A stretch of DNA of 64,000 nt from the IMG/VR virus record IMGVR_UViG_3300020598_000119, one strand, 5' to 3'. This document shows, one piece after another, positions 1-9,574 of the stretch. How positions within the stretch are numbered: the first letter of the stretch is position 1; each line of letters opens with the position of its first letter. The position numbers and the translations under genes are program-made. A model generated the notes under the pieces. That model saw nothing but the letters and a program-made list of their open reading frames with translations, was not told where the DNA came from and ran no database searches. This DNA comes from a virus (taxonomy: Duplodnaviria > Caudoviricetes).

Positions 1-137
1 TGTCTTTCTGTGGCCGCGATCTGCCGTTCTGCACGAAGTTGTGCGTCCGTTGCGTCCCTAATAATTAAGGTTCCACCGCCAAAAAATGCAAACGAAGAGA
101 AAATTAGGCCGACACCTATAGCGGTTCGAAATTTCAC
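1..137 (-). CDS. Partial CDS (runs off window start) with N-terminal transmembrane segment, pilus operon
   Basis: GTG at 137-135 overlaps the TGA of the upstream gene (GTGA coupling); translates MKFRTAIGVGLIFSSFAFFGGGTLIIRDATDAQLRAERQ with no stop. Confidence 0.6.
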   Translation of the reverse strand, partial: MKFRTAIGVGLIFSSFAFFGGGTLIIRDATDAQLRAERQIAATER

Positions 138-1096
138 TTTTTCTCTCCTTCCGTTTCAGCGGCAGGAGTAATCTGATCAGCTCCACCATTTTGCCCTACA
201 TCGTTTGCGTTCTGAGCAGCATTCTTCTTAGCAATCTCTTCCTTGAGGGCTTCGATGCTACCTGCAACCGGAGGAACTTTTGTCTGATCATTAGCCGCTC
301 CTTCAGGCTGCGGACCAGCTGGTGGCGGAACTGGGTCGGCATCAAGGTTCGAAAAACGATCTGGCTCAGCCACAGGCATCGGCTCGATATTTTCTTTCAC
401 TTTATCGAGCAGGCTTTGCGTTTTGTCCTTCAATTCCTGCAAACCTGGAACATCATGGGCACGCATCACTGCGTTCCAATCATTGTCCTTAAATTCCAGC
501 TTGGACACGATCTCAGTCACCTTGGTGTTGGCTACCCGATTCCATTGTGCATGCGGCATCTCCGCAAAGTTTGCGGCTGGAACCGAAGGTCCTGGGTTTG
601 CGACGAGAGCATAAAATGTCAGCGCAGAAATGAAATAAAGCGCACCCGCACCACTCATTGCCATGCCCACGGCCATCGTTGCCGTGCCCTTGCGCTGCGC
701 AGGGTACATCTTCGACTTCGGAAGAAGGGGAGGAACACCAGAGGCAAAGACTTCTTGGCTCTCGCGTTGAGATAGCAAAATGCCAATCGGCTTGCCGTCG
801 CGCATCATTACCCGGAATGCACGGTCGCCTGTCGGGAACCAATACTGCTTTGAAGGGTCTTCGGTCAGCGCCTCTATGACGGACTCAATATACCCCTTGC
901 CTTGACCACCTTCCTGAGCTTCCCAGAAATAGCCGCCAAGGAATGGAGCAACTGCATACCAGCTGGCACCAGACGCGGTAAAGCGCTTGGCAATGTAGCC
1001 CTTGGCAATATCAGCCGCGTCCTTCTTGGTTCCAACGCCCTCGTTCCAGCCAACAACGGCATTGAGCGGCACCCAGTTGTCTCGATTAGCTGCCAT
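134..1096 (-). CDS. Type IV pilus accessory/alignment protein (PilO-like), single TM
   Basis: 320 aa, central hydrophobic helix, begins immediately after the secretin stop codon; function inferred from context. Confidence 0.5.
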   Translation of the reverse strand: MAANRDNWVPLNAVVGWNEGVGTKKDAADIAKGYIAKRFTASGASWYAVAPFLGGYFWEAQEGGQGKGYIESVIEALTEDPSKQYWFPTGDRAFRVMMRDGKPIGILLSQRESQEVFASGVPPLLPKSKMYPAQRKGTATMAVGMAMSGAGALYFISALTFYALVANPGPSVPAANFAEMPHAQWNRVANTKVTEIVSKLEFKDNDWNAVMRAHDVPGLQELKDKTQSLLDKVKENIEPMPVAEPDRFSNLDADPVPPPAGPQPEGAANDQTKVPPVAGSIEALKEEIAKKNAAQNANDVGQNGGADQITPAAETEGEKK

Positions 1097-1097
1097 G

Positions 1098-2699
1098 TCA
1101 CCGCTCCGCTTCGTATACCGTCAAAGTTGGACGGAGGATGATGAAGAGAGCGTTGCGCGTGACATTCCGACTACGAGCACCAGCGGTCTTATCCGAGCGA
1201 CCTGTATCCTGCAGGCGCTTGCGCAAGAAGGCAGGCTCATTGCCCTTGCTTTCATCGCTGTCATACTGGAGACCACCGATAACCACCGTGCGGCCAGCCT
1301 GAACACGAACGATGTCGTTCATATTCTGTTTCTGGACCAGAGGCTGCGTCAGCGTGCCGATCTGATTGCCAGCCTTCAGCTCTACGAACTCAAGGATCGC
1401 GTCGAGCTTGACGTCGACATCGACCGTGACGACTTCTGCATCAGAGTCGTAGTGCGGCTTCATCTCGATAGTGAGTCCAGTCTCCACCTTTTCAGTCTCG
1501 GTCGAGCCAATGGAATTATCGCCATTGTTTGTGTTGGAAACGCCCTTCACATACGGGACTTCCTGACCGGACTGAAGTTTCACCACAGAGCCAGAGAGCG
1601 TCTTCAGTGAGACGTTCTGGGTAATGTTGGTCGTTCCAAAATTCGAAAGGAAGTTCACTGCACCTGCGACCGTCACCGCTCCATATGTGCCGAACACCTG
1701 ACCAAGATTGGTCTTAGACAACGTAAGGCCAGCGTTTGTCAGGTCGATTGCATGACCTACGAGGTCGCCAGGTTCACCGCGTGTCTCACTACTGCCACTG
1801 CCGTTGTCGTTACCGTTACCGTTATTGTTGCCGCTCGAACCAGTACTGGTATCCCTACTACGCGTCAGATCGTCGATGCCCTTAGGAGTGCTATTGAGGG
1901 CGATTTGAAACTTGTTCCAGTCAAAGCCAGTATCGGACTTATCGTTCAATGCAAGGCTAACAACCGCAACCTGAAGGTTGACGACAGCAAGGTTGCGAGC
2001 CATTCGATTAAGGAACGGACCAATGACTTGGTCCTGTGTCGTCGGCGACGCCGTGTAGATGATCTTACCGCCTCGAAGTGAAACGACGATATTGTCCGCG
2101 CCAAGGTTCTTGATCTCATCCTTAACGGAATCAAGTATGTCCTTATTCTGCGGCAGCGTGATCGCATATCGCTCCTGATTTGAAATGTAGATCAGGCCAT
2201 TTTCATACCAAGTCACGATCCCAAGCCCCGTTCGAAGGGCCGACATCATTTCGCCAATCGTGCCCTGGAATGCGAGAAAGGGAAGTTTGCGCTTCAGAAT
2301 ATCCTCACCCTGAGACGGATTACTCCACTGGAACGCCACTTGAACATTCACAGCGCTCAGTGTCTGTACGAGCGAAGAAAGCGTCGCTTCATTATCGGCA
2401 GGGAATTTCACATCAATAGGCATCGAGGCGATATGCGACGGAAGCGGAGCACCTACCGAGACAGCCTTCATCGACGACTTCGGCACCTTGATCCGCTCGA
2501 TGGCGAGAGGAGTGTCGTCAACGAACTGTTGAGCGATTTTCCCTTGCTCTGCCTTTGTCGAGGGAAGCGTGTTTGGCTTCGGCAGCGAAGACGTGCAGCC
2601 AGCCAGGACAGCGCTAATTAGAGCAATGCTTGATGCCGTCGCCGCTTTCCGCCACTTGGAAGAGTGTGTTGTTGCTGTCACGATAAAGCGCCTTTCCAT
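1098..2699 (-). CDS. Lipoprotein secretin (PilN/BfpB/MshL-like type IV pilus outer-membrane channel)
   Basis: Lipobox VLAGC; S/N/G-rich linker; C-terminal secretin motifs GQEVPYV, ETGLTIEMKP, VRVQAGRTVVIGGL, ALFIILRP. Confidence 0.9.
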   Translation of the reverse strand: MERRFIVTATTHSSKWRKAATASSIALISAVLAGCTSSLPKPNTLPSTKAEQGKIAQQFVDDTPLAIERIKVPKSSMKAVSVGAPLPSHIASMPIDVKFPADNEATLSSLVQTLSAVNVQVAFQWSNPSQGEDILKRKLPFLAFQGTIGEMMSALRTGLGIVTWYENGLIYISNQERYAITLPQNKDILDSVKDEIKNLGADNIVVSLRGGKIIYTASPTTQDQVIGPFLNRMARNLAVVNLQVAVVSLALNDKSDTGFDWNKFQIALNSTPKGIDDLTRSRDTSTGSSGNNNGNGNDNGSGSSETRGEPGDLVGHAIDLTNAGLTLSKTNLGQVFGTYGAVTVAGAVNFLSNFGTTNITQNVSLKTLSGSVVKLQSGQEVPYVKGVSNTNNGDNSIGSTETEKVETGLTIEMKPHYDSDAEVVTVDVDVKLDAILEFVELKAGNQIGTLTQPLVQKQNMNDIVRVQAGRTVVIGGLQYDSDESKGNEPAFLRKRLQDTGRSDKTAGARSRNVTRNALFIILRPTLTVYEAER

Positions 2700-3123
2700 T
2701 TACGCAAGAAATGAACTTGGAATTTTCTGGGATATTGCTGGCCACCGGCGAACTTTCAGAACCACCGTTTTCGCCACCGGCGGAAGGCGCAGGGACCTGC
2801 TTAGCAATATCTGCTGACACTTCCTTGATCGCCGCATCAATACGTCTGCGCATTTTGATTTCCAGAGACGCCTGCGCAGCAGAGACGTCCTGCATGATTA
2901 GAGATTTCAGCTCAGGTTGCAGTTCCCACACAATATTGCGCATGCGTTCGTCCTGACGAGCCTGTTCTTCGGCCTCGGTCGGAGGCGCGACGAAGGGATT
3001 GCTGCGATCCTGTGCGTTCGCATTGTTAATCCCGACCATCAATGTGACCGCAGAGATAATTCCCAGCAATTTTCTAGTTAGCATCGGCATCCTGCTCGTT
3101 TTCATATCCATAGATGAGGACAT
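2614..3123 (-). CDS. Exported protein (possible PilP-like pilus component)
   Basis: Signal peptide ending ANA-Q, NPF motif, first gene of the secretin operon; true start may be a downstream Met. Confidence 0.55.
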   Translation of the reverse strand: MSSSMDMKTSRMPMLTRKLLGIISAVTLMVGINNANAQDRSNPFVAPPTEAEEQARQDERMRNIVWELQPELKSLIMQDVSAAQASLEIKMRRRIDAAIKEVSADIAKQVPAPSAGGENGGSESSPVASNIPENSKFISCVNGKALYRDSNNTLFQVAESGDGIKHCSN

Positions 3124-3218
3124 ATTTATCGATCAGTGGTCAAGCACTCTGTGTGGTTTTCTTCTGATCGTGCTAGCGGTTTAATTAAAGGAAAATATTT
3201 AGTCAAGGGAATCGGCGG

Positions 3219-4703
3219 ATGAAGCAGCCGAATAATATAAGATTCGCGGTCAATCAAATTTCGATAATAGCCAATAAATGTCAGGCGTCCATAAGCACGC
3301 GAATCCAAAATCTCAGCGAGAAAATCAAGAATACCAACGAAATCAATCTCCAGCTGAAAAATACGATCACAGAAAGCGCAAAAGGCCCTTCTTGGGCGCG
3401 CATACCCTTGGCCAAAAATATGTGGGAAATAGGTTCCGGGAAAATATGGAACCGCCGCCTGCCGCTTCTTAAAAAGCAATACCTACAAAATGCAAAAGAA
3501 ATGAAGCACCTGAAAAATGTGTTGTCGACCGAAAAGAAGGTGCTCCAGCGCATCCAAGAGATGCTCAAGCGGTTGCAAGATTTGGCAGCGAACAAGGCGT
3601 CCTATGATGAGATGCCACAGGAACTCAGCCAGCAGATGCACGCAATCGTTTCAGACTTGAAGCGCTTTCCGATTGTCACGGAGCACGGTATCGGCCACGC
3701 GATCACGGCTATACAAGGGCTTGCGGATGAAGCAAGGCGACAGCGCCCCATCGTCATGCCTCCCGTGATCAGGAAAGATAAGGCGACTGATCAGCATCTC
3801 CTGCCTTATAAGGCGTCGTATCACGAACCCATCTACCTTCCGATACCGAAGAACCTCGGATTTCATGCCAAGGCGATTGGTGCCCAGTACGATCCTAATA
3901 TCGCCAAAGCAGGGCGCTATTTCGTCCCCGCAAACACCGATCTGAAGCCGTTTGATCGATATCTGCCCCTCGCCTTCAGGCAGGAGCCACCCAAACTTCG
4001 CTTCTACCCACAGGAGCCGGACACCGTAAAAAAGGTGAACCTCAGGACGATCTTTGATGATGTCACGTGGGACTATATTCGCACCACCAACTACGCAAAG
4101 ACCGACAATCGTTGCGTCATCTGCGGCAAACGAAGTGGAGAGTTCCTGGATCGAATGGCTCCAGAGAAGACCCATAATCGAGCTGATAAGGTCGAATGCC
4201 ATGAGGTCTGGGAGTGGTACCGTCCCAAAAAAGATATCTCGATTGGAGTGCAACAATTAAAAGGCCTCTATATCGTATGTTTTAAGTGCCACATGTCGTT
4301 TCACGACGGAATTGCGCGCAGCATGTTGCGAGCCGAAGAAGACGAGCTGCAATTTGCACGAGATCTACACGCACATCGTTCTCACATCACCAGAGTGGAT
4401 CAAGCTACGCTCTACAACGAAATGGTCGATCTGAATAAAAGAACAAAGACGATGAACAAGATCGATTACTGGATCGTGGATTTAAGCCATCTTACCAACC
4501 AGGACTATATGCGACACATCGCACCAATTTTTCTGGAACATAATCGTGCAGGGATTGGCGTAGAGCAGATAGCTGGCTTTGAATTCGCGACTGACACGGG
4601 CGAAAAATTGCCAGCGCGGGGCGTTAAAGAAATATTCTACGAAATGGCACCGCGATACCCCGCGATTTCTGTCGAAAGTTTACTAGCAAAACATCGAATG
4701 TAA
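3219..4703 (+). CDS. DUF5710-like domain plus HNH-type endonuclease
   Basis: YLPIP..AKAIGAQYDP..YFVP segment followed by WDYIR..RCVICG..ECHEVW..LYIVCFKCHMSFH (two CxxC pairs plus His). Confidence 0.7.
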   Translation: MKQPNNIRFAVNQISIIANKCQASISTRIQNLSEKIKNTNEINLQLKNTITESAKGPSWARIPLAKNMWEIGSGKIWNRRLPLLKKQYLQNAKEMKHLKNVLSTEKKVLQRIQEMLKRLQDLAANKASYDEMPQELSQQMHAIVSDLKRFPIVTEHGIGHAITAIQGLADEARRQRPIVMPPVIRKDKATDQHLLPYKASYHEPIYLPIPKNLGFHAKAIGAQYDPNIAKAGRYFVPANTDLKPFDRYLPLAFRQEPPKLRFYPQEPDTVKKVNLRTIFDDVTWDYIRTTNYAKTDNRCVICGKRSGEFLDRMAPEKTHNRADKVECHEVWEWYRPKKDISIGVQQLKGLYIVCFKCHMSFHDGIARSMLRAEEDELQFARDLHAHRSHITRVDQATLYNEMVDLNKRTKTMNKIDYWIVDLSHLTNQDYMRHIAPIFLEHNRAGIGVEQIAGFEFATDTGEKLPARGVKEIFYEMAPRYPAISVESLLAKHRM

Positions 4704-4779
4704 AGGCGAATATTTCCTTCGGAGCATACGTTTTCGATTGACCCACACCGCGCCCACACCGACCATAAATATGTAATTA

Positions 4780-5643
4780 GTGCGGAGAATTATTGTGAAT
4801 AAATTATCCCAGCTCATCGAGAATGCCGAGACCTCCATCCACGAGCTGGCTGAACAGCTAGACGTCGACGTGCTTGAGGTCGCCATGGCCAAACGAGGTA
4901 TTGGATTCACGCATTTCGATACTGTCTGCGCCCTCGCCGATGCGCTCGAATGTGACATTGAGGATATCTACCCTACGCTTGCGGGCCACGTAGAAGCCTT
5001 CGACGAGGAAGGCATCTCGCTGGAAGAAATGCGCGCTCGCATGATATCGGAAGATCACTTGCAGGTTCTCGTCGACGCAGGCATCGATCCTGATCCTGAG
5101 CGCTGGTTCGTCATACTGAAACTTAAGTCTGGCAACGAACGGCGCTATCGTATCGCATCAGGCGATCTCCAGGTGCTCACCGAAGAGATAGAAACGGCGG
5201 AGAACTCCGAAGGCTTCTTCGTCTTCACTGCCGACTGTCGCACGATTGTGCTGCGGAAGTCCGCGATGAAGCAGATTCAAATCCGCAATGAGGCAAGCTA
5301 TGCGCGCTTCTCCTCAAACGAGGATGCAAACCACTTGACCATCGTTTCTACGACGTCGCCACGCCCCGAGGCAATCGAGGTCGAACCAGACCTTCCAGGG
5401 GCAGGACCCGAGTCATGTCCGATCACGATGTTGATCCAGAAAGCCATGAACAACGAGCCTATCGGTCCATACTTCAAGATGGAGGATGAAGGCGATGACC
5501 GTTACATCAACCTCGATGAAATGGAACTTCTGGAAATTCCGTTGGGACTGGTGATGCCGCACCTCTATGAATATGAGGTCGAAGAGGCGTTTTCCGATGG
5601 AAATATTCCTTTGGAGGACATGATTCCAGCAGGCAACGCATAA
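4780..5643 (+). CDS. XRE/Cro-type HTH domain protein
   Basis: N-terminal SIHELAEQLDVD...VCALADALECDIEDIY; acidic C-terminal region of unknown fold. Confidence 0.7.
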   Translation: MRRIIVNKLSQLIENAETSIHELAEQLDVDVLEVAMAKRGIGFTHFDTVCALADALECDIEDIYPTLAGHVEAFDEEGISLEEMRARMISEDHLQVLVDAGIDPDPERWFVILKLKSGNERRYRIASGDLQVLTEEIETAENSEGFFVFTADCRTIVLRKSAMKQIQIRNEASYARFSSNEDANHLTIVSTTSPRPEAIEVEPDLPGAGPESCPITMLIQKAMNNEPIGPYFKMEDEGDDRYINLDEMELLEIPLGLVMPHLYEYEVEEAFSDGNIPLEDMIPAGNA

Positions 5644-5705
5644 TTCCTTTAATTATTCCTTATTTCCCTGTTGCCAGAAATTGAAATAAGGGGAAGCATT
5701 TATGT

Positions 5706-8003
5706 ATGAGTACAGAAAACGCTTCCCCATTTTATGCAGAAACATTTCTGCTTCGCGCTGCCACTGGGCAGAATACGGCCGCTATCGCCAAGAAATTAGG
5801 CGTTAAATCCGCCCAATTGAAGAAGTGGGAGAACGGCGCTGAGCCGACCCCAGTCGAAATTACGACAAAACTTAAGGCTCTTCAGCCCGAGCCTCGACAT
5901 CAAAGTCAGAATAAATTTCGTTTTATCGATCTGTTCGCTGGCATTGGCGGCCTTCGAAAGGCTTTCGAAAATGCAGGTGGAGAATGCGTTTTTACGAGCG
6001 AATGGAACCAAAACGCGCTTGAAACCTACATGGCGAATTACGGCGTTGGGCATCCCGTCGCTGGTGACATCACTAAGGTCGAAGCTTCGGAAATTCCTGA
6101 CCACGACATTCTCGTTGGAGGGTTTCCCTGCTTCCCTGCTGGCACTCTAATCGAGACCGAGACTCGCTTCCGTCCTATCGAAGACATCAGAGCTGGCGAC
6201 ATGGTCGCCACTCATCAGCATCGGCTGCGCAAGGTTCTAACTGCCATGCGCCGCGATGATGCAGAACTTTATGACGTCAAAATAACAGGCATCCCATCGT
6301 TCAAAACGACTGATGAACATCCTTTCTACGTGCGCAAGAAGCAGCGTTCATGGAACAATGCTCGTCGTGGTTATGATTACACATTTGGCGAGCCTGAATG
6401 GATCGCCGCACAAGATCTAACTGGTGATCACTACGCCGCACTGCCTGTAGACACGGAATTTCTTAGCCAAGGCGATGAGCCTTTCAGCGGCAACGCTTTC
6501 TGGTACCTTGTAGGTCGATGGCTAGGCGATGGATGGATCGCCGATTATCCAAGAACAGAAGAAGGGCGAGAAAATTCTCGTATTCGTAAAGTGCTAATTT
6601 GCACTGGCACAGAGGACGCCGACAATCTAGAAACTGCTATTAAGGCGGCGGGGTTCTCTTGCACGAGAGTTACAGAGCGAACCGTCGTTAAATTCCACAT
6701 TTGTTCGAAGGATTTTGTCGAATTTCTGGCTCAGTTTGGTCGCTGTGCTGACGGCAAGCAACTTCCACGACGAATTTTCTCGCTGCCCCTATCCGCACAG
6801 AAGGAGATTTGGAATGGCTGGATGGACGCTGATGGCTACAAGCACAAGGACTCTGAAAAATATTCGGCGACATCCATCAACAGAGCGCTTTCACTTCAAA
6901 TGGCGAGATTGGCTCGCAATGTTTACGGTCGAGTCGCGACGGTTAAGCGATCCAACGTCCCTCCCACGAAGGTGATCGAAGGACGCAATGTAAATCAGCG
7001 CGCTCAGTACCACACGACGCTTGCCCCAACCAATCACGGCCTCACATTTATCGAGGGGAATTATGCTTGGGTAAAGGTGAAGTCCGTCAAAAAGACAGGT
7101 GAAACTGCTACCGTCTACAATATCGAGGTCGAAGAAGATAATTCCTACGTTGCAGAGGGCGTTATTGTCCATAATTGCCAGCCGTTTTCACTGGCCGGAG
7201 TTTCGAAGAAAAACTCAACTGGCACACCCCATGGCTTCGAGGACAAAACACAAGGCACCCTGTTCTTCGACGTCGCGCGCATCATCAAGGAAAAGCGTCC
7301 GAAGGCATTCTTGCTTGAGAACGTTCGAAACCTCGCTGCTCACGACAAGGGTCGCACTTTCGAGGTGATAAAGAACGTCCTTCAGGAAGAACTCGGCTAT
7401 ACAATCGCATGGAAGATCATGGAAGGCACGCCATGGGTTCCGCAGCGTCGTCCTCGCATCGCGATTGTCGGCTTCCGCGACGGTTTCCAGTTCGATTTCG
7501 ACACCGTCAACACCAGAACCAATCGCCAGCCCGTGCTTGGAGACATTCTACATGCGCCAGGCGAAGCTCCTGAAGGCGATGATCGATTTGCAACCGATGG
7601 CGTGGTCCATGACAAATACACGCTGACTGACGGTCTATGGGCATACCTGCAGGCTCATGCCGCTCTCCACAAGGAGAAGGGCAACGGCTTCGGCTACGGC
7701 ATGCATGGCCCTAATGACATCGCCCGCACACTGACAGCTCGATACTACAAGGATGGCGCTGAGATCCTGATCCATCAGGAGGGCAAGAACCCGAGACGCC
7801 TCACACCGCGTGAGTGCGCACGTCTCATGGGCTTTGAGTACCCAGGTGAGGCCGAGATGATCATCCCGGTTTCGGATACGCAGGCGTACAAGCAATTCGG
7901 CAACTCGGTCATCATTCCAATGTTTGCCGAGATCGCAAAGGCCATGGTTCCAACCGTGCTCGAACAGATCGCCGAGGAGCAGGAAAACGAAAAGGCCGCT
8001 TAG
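5706..8003 (+). CDS. dcm: C5-cytosine DNA methyltransferase (Dcm-like) with N-terminal HTH, interrupted by an intein
   Basis: FIDLFAGIGG (motif I), GFP|CQPFS (IV, split by intein), LLENV (VI), QRRPR (VIII), RRLTPRECARLMGF and YKQFGNSV (IX/X). Confidence 0.92.
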   Translation: MSTENASPFYAETFLLRAATGQNTAAIAKKLGVKSAQLKKWENGAEPTPVEITTKLKALQPEPRHQSQNKFRFIDLFAGIGGLRKAFENAGGECVFTSEWNQNALETYMANYGVGHPVAGDITKVEASEIPDHDILVGGFPCFPAGTLIETETRFRPIEDIRAGDMVATHQHRLRKVLTAMRRDDAELYDVKITGIPSFKTTDEHPFYVRKKQRSWNNARRGYDYTFGEPEWIAAQDLTGDHYAALPVDTEFLSQGDEPFSGNAFWYLVGRWLGDGWIADYPRTEEGRENSRIRKVLICTGTEDADNLETAIKAAGFSCTRVTERTVVKFHICSKDFVEFLAQFGRCADGKQLPRRIFSLPLSAQKEIWNGWMDADGYKHKDSEKYSATSINRALSLQMARLARNVYGRVATVKRSNVPPTKVIEGRNVNQRAQYHTTLAPTNHGLTFIEGNYAWVKVKSVKKTGETATVYNIEVEEDNSYVAEGVIVHNCQPFSLAGVSKKNSTGTPHGFEDKTQGTLFFDVARIIKEKRPKAFLLENVRNLAAHDKGRTFEVIKNVLQEELGYTIAWKIMEGTPWVPQRRPRIAIVGFRDGFQFDFDTVNTRTNRQPVLGDILHAPGEAPEGDDRFATDGVVHDKYTLTDGLWAYLQAHAALHKEKGNGFGYGMHGPNDIARTLTARYYKDGAEILIHQEGKNPRRLTPRECARLMGFEYPGEAEMIIPVSDTQAYKQFGNSVIIPMFAEIAKAMVPTVLEQIAEEQENEKAA
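6129..7175 (+). mobile_element. Intein (349 aa) with LAGLIDADG homing endonuclease
   Basis: Starts CFPAGTLI, block B TTDEHPF, LAGLIDADG-like blocks YLVGRWLGDG and WNGWMDADG, ends VYNIEV..VIVHN followed by Cys+1; removal restores GGFPCQPFS. Confidence 0.95.
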
Positions 8004-8073
8004 GGCGGCCTGATAACCTGTTCGTCTGATAGTTTAACAGCCTGCCGAGTTGTCAGCTTGGCAGGCTATTTGC

Positions 8074-9570
8074 TTACAGGCTGAACTGCGCGTTGAGACT
8101 CTGCTCCTCAGCCAGTTGCAGACCCTTACTGACGTGCTGAAGCGCAAGCGTGCCATGCTCATCGGAAAGCTTGGTGCCGTGGCGGGTGACGTAAGAAGCA
8201 ACCCTCGGCTCATTGTCGTTTGTCTCAACGAGCACTATCGCCTTGGAGCCTTCGGTGCCGCCCTTGATCGGACTGACAACTACAATGTTGCCTCGTCCTT
8301 CCAAGGCAGCTGTCAGGTACTATGAGAGATCGGTGTCATACTCCAGCGCGAGGTCGCGCAACGTATGACAGTCGACAACCTCCCAAGCTCGCTCGCTATC
8401 GCTGTAAGTAGGCAGAACATTCAGGCTCGTATCGAACCATTCAAGAGCGCCAGGGGTTCTGCTATCCCATAAACGCAGCGCCTCCTTGACCTCTGCAACG
8501 GACTTAACGAAGTTAGCTGGACAGGCATAATTTACGTCGTGCTTGAATGTCGAGAGTTCCGAATTCCCTCTGTCGTTAACCAATGAATCCAAATTAGCGG
8601 CTTCCACGCGCCTCATGGCATCAATCATTTCAGCTGTCGGCTGATGATGTTTCGCTACCGCCATACTCATATCATACCAAGCTGTTGCCAGATACTTATC
8701 AAGGGCGCGGACGTTTTTCGAAACATGATGGACGAAACTCTTAGCCGTATTATAAAGCATCTCCATATCACCACGGAACTCGATTTCCCATGGGGATATC
8801 CGATCAATAACTACCCGGTTGACAAACTCAATCCCGGCAGCATCTGCAATCCGCTTGCCCTCAACGAGCGCGCGATCCAATTCATCCAAGCCGAACCGCA
8901 TGCCAGAAGCGTCCTCGTTCCTTTGCAGATAATACCTGGTTTTCGAGAGCTGGTTTTTACGGGATTCAGACAAGCAGAGCTGCAACTTGCCTTCGAACGT
9001 GTATGTCAGCAAAAGCGCAGGCTCGACAGTTTTTTCATAGACAAAACCATCGATAATCGCCAGTTCATCGGCATATTTCTGCAGTGCCTGCGTCGTGTCA
9101 TCCAGGAGTGAGTTTACCTTTCTCACGCCGTTTATTTTATTGGCAGTTTCATAGTCCCGGAAGTTCGAGTAAGCCAATGTCTCTTTTTGGTACCGCTTGT
9201 CTCCGAACAAACCAGCTGATCGACCACCATAAGTTCCGCCTGAAAACACATTATTTTCGTCATTCTTGGCACTTTTCAGCTGCTCCATAAGCATATCAAC
9301 AGTGGCGATCTGAACGTAAAGCTCACCTTCAATTGAGCGCACTTCGACAGATTTTCCGTCGATCATTTGGTATCGTGCACGATACTGAAACGAACTGTTA
9401 GGGTCTATTTCCGGCTTCATCTCACCAAGAACATGAACGATAGGTGCTTCATCCGCAGGAACCTCACGAATGTCAACGGCGACCACCGTCGAGAACACAG
9501 CCGTTTCATCATTTCTCTTTTTCGGAAGGAGATATTTCGTTTCATAATGAGTTGGGACTTCAAAGCGCAT
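8074..9570 (-). pseudogene. Conserved hypothetical protein (paralog of 9575-11053) interrupted by an in-frame TAG at 8320-8322
   Basis: ORFs 8320-9570 and 8074-8304 share one frame (TCA TAG TAC CTG ACA GCT GCC TTG); joined length 498 codons vs 492 aa for the neighbouring paralog. Confidence 0.7.
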
Positions 9571-9574
9571 TTAA

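Noticed and set aside
191-1610. Long antisense ORFs (191-775, 1002-1610 and similar shadows across the window)
   Set aside because: Lie opposite well-supported genes and show no recognisable motifs
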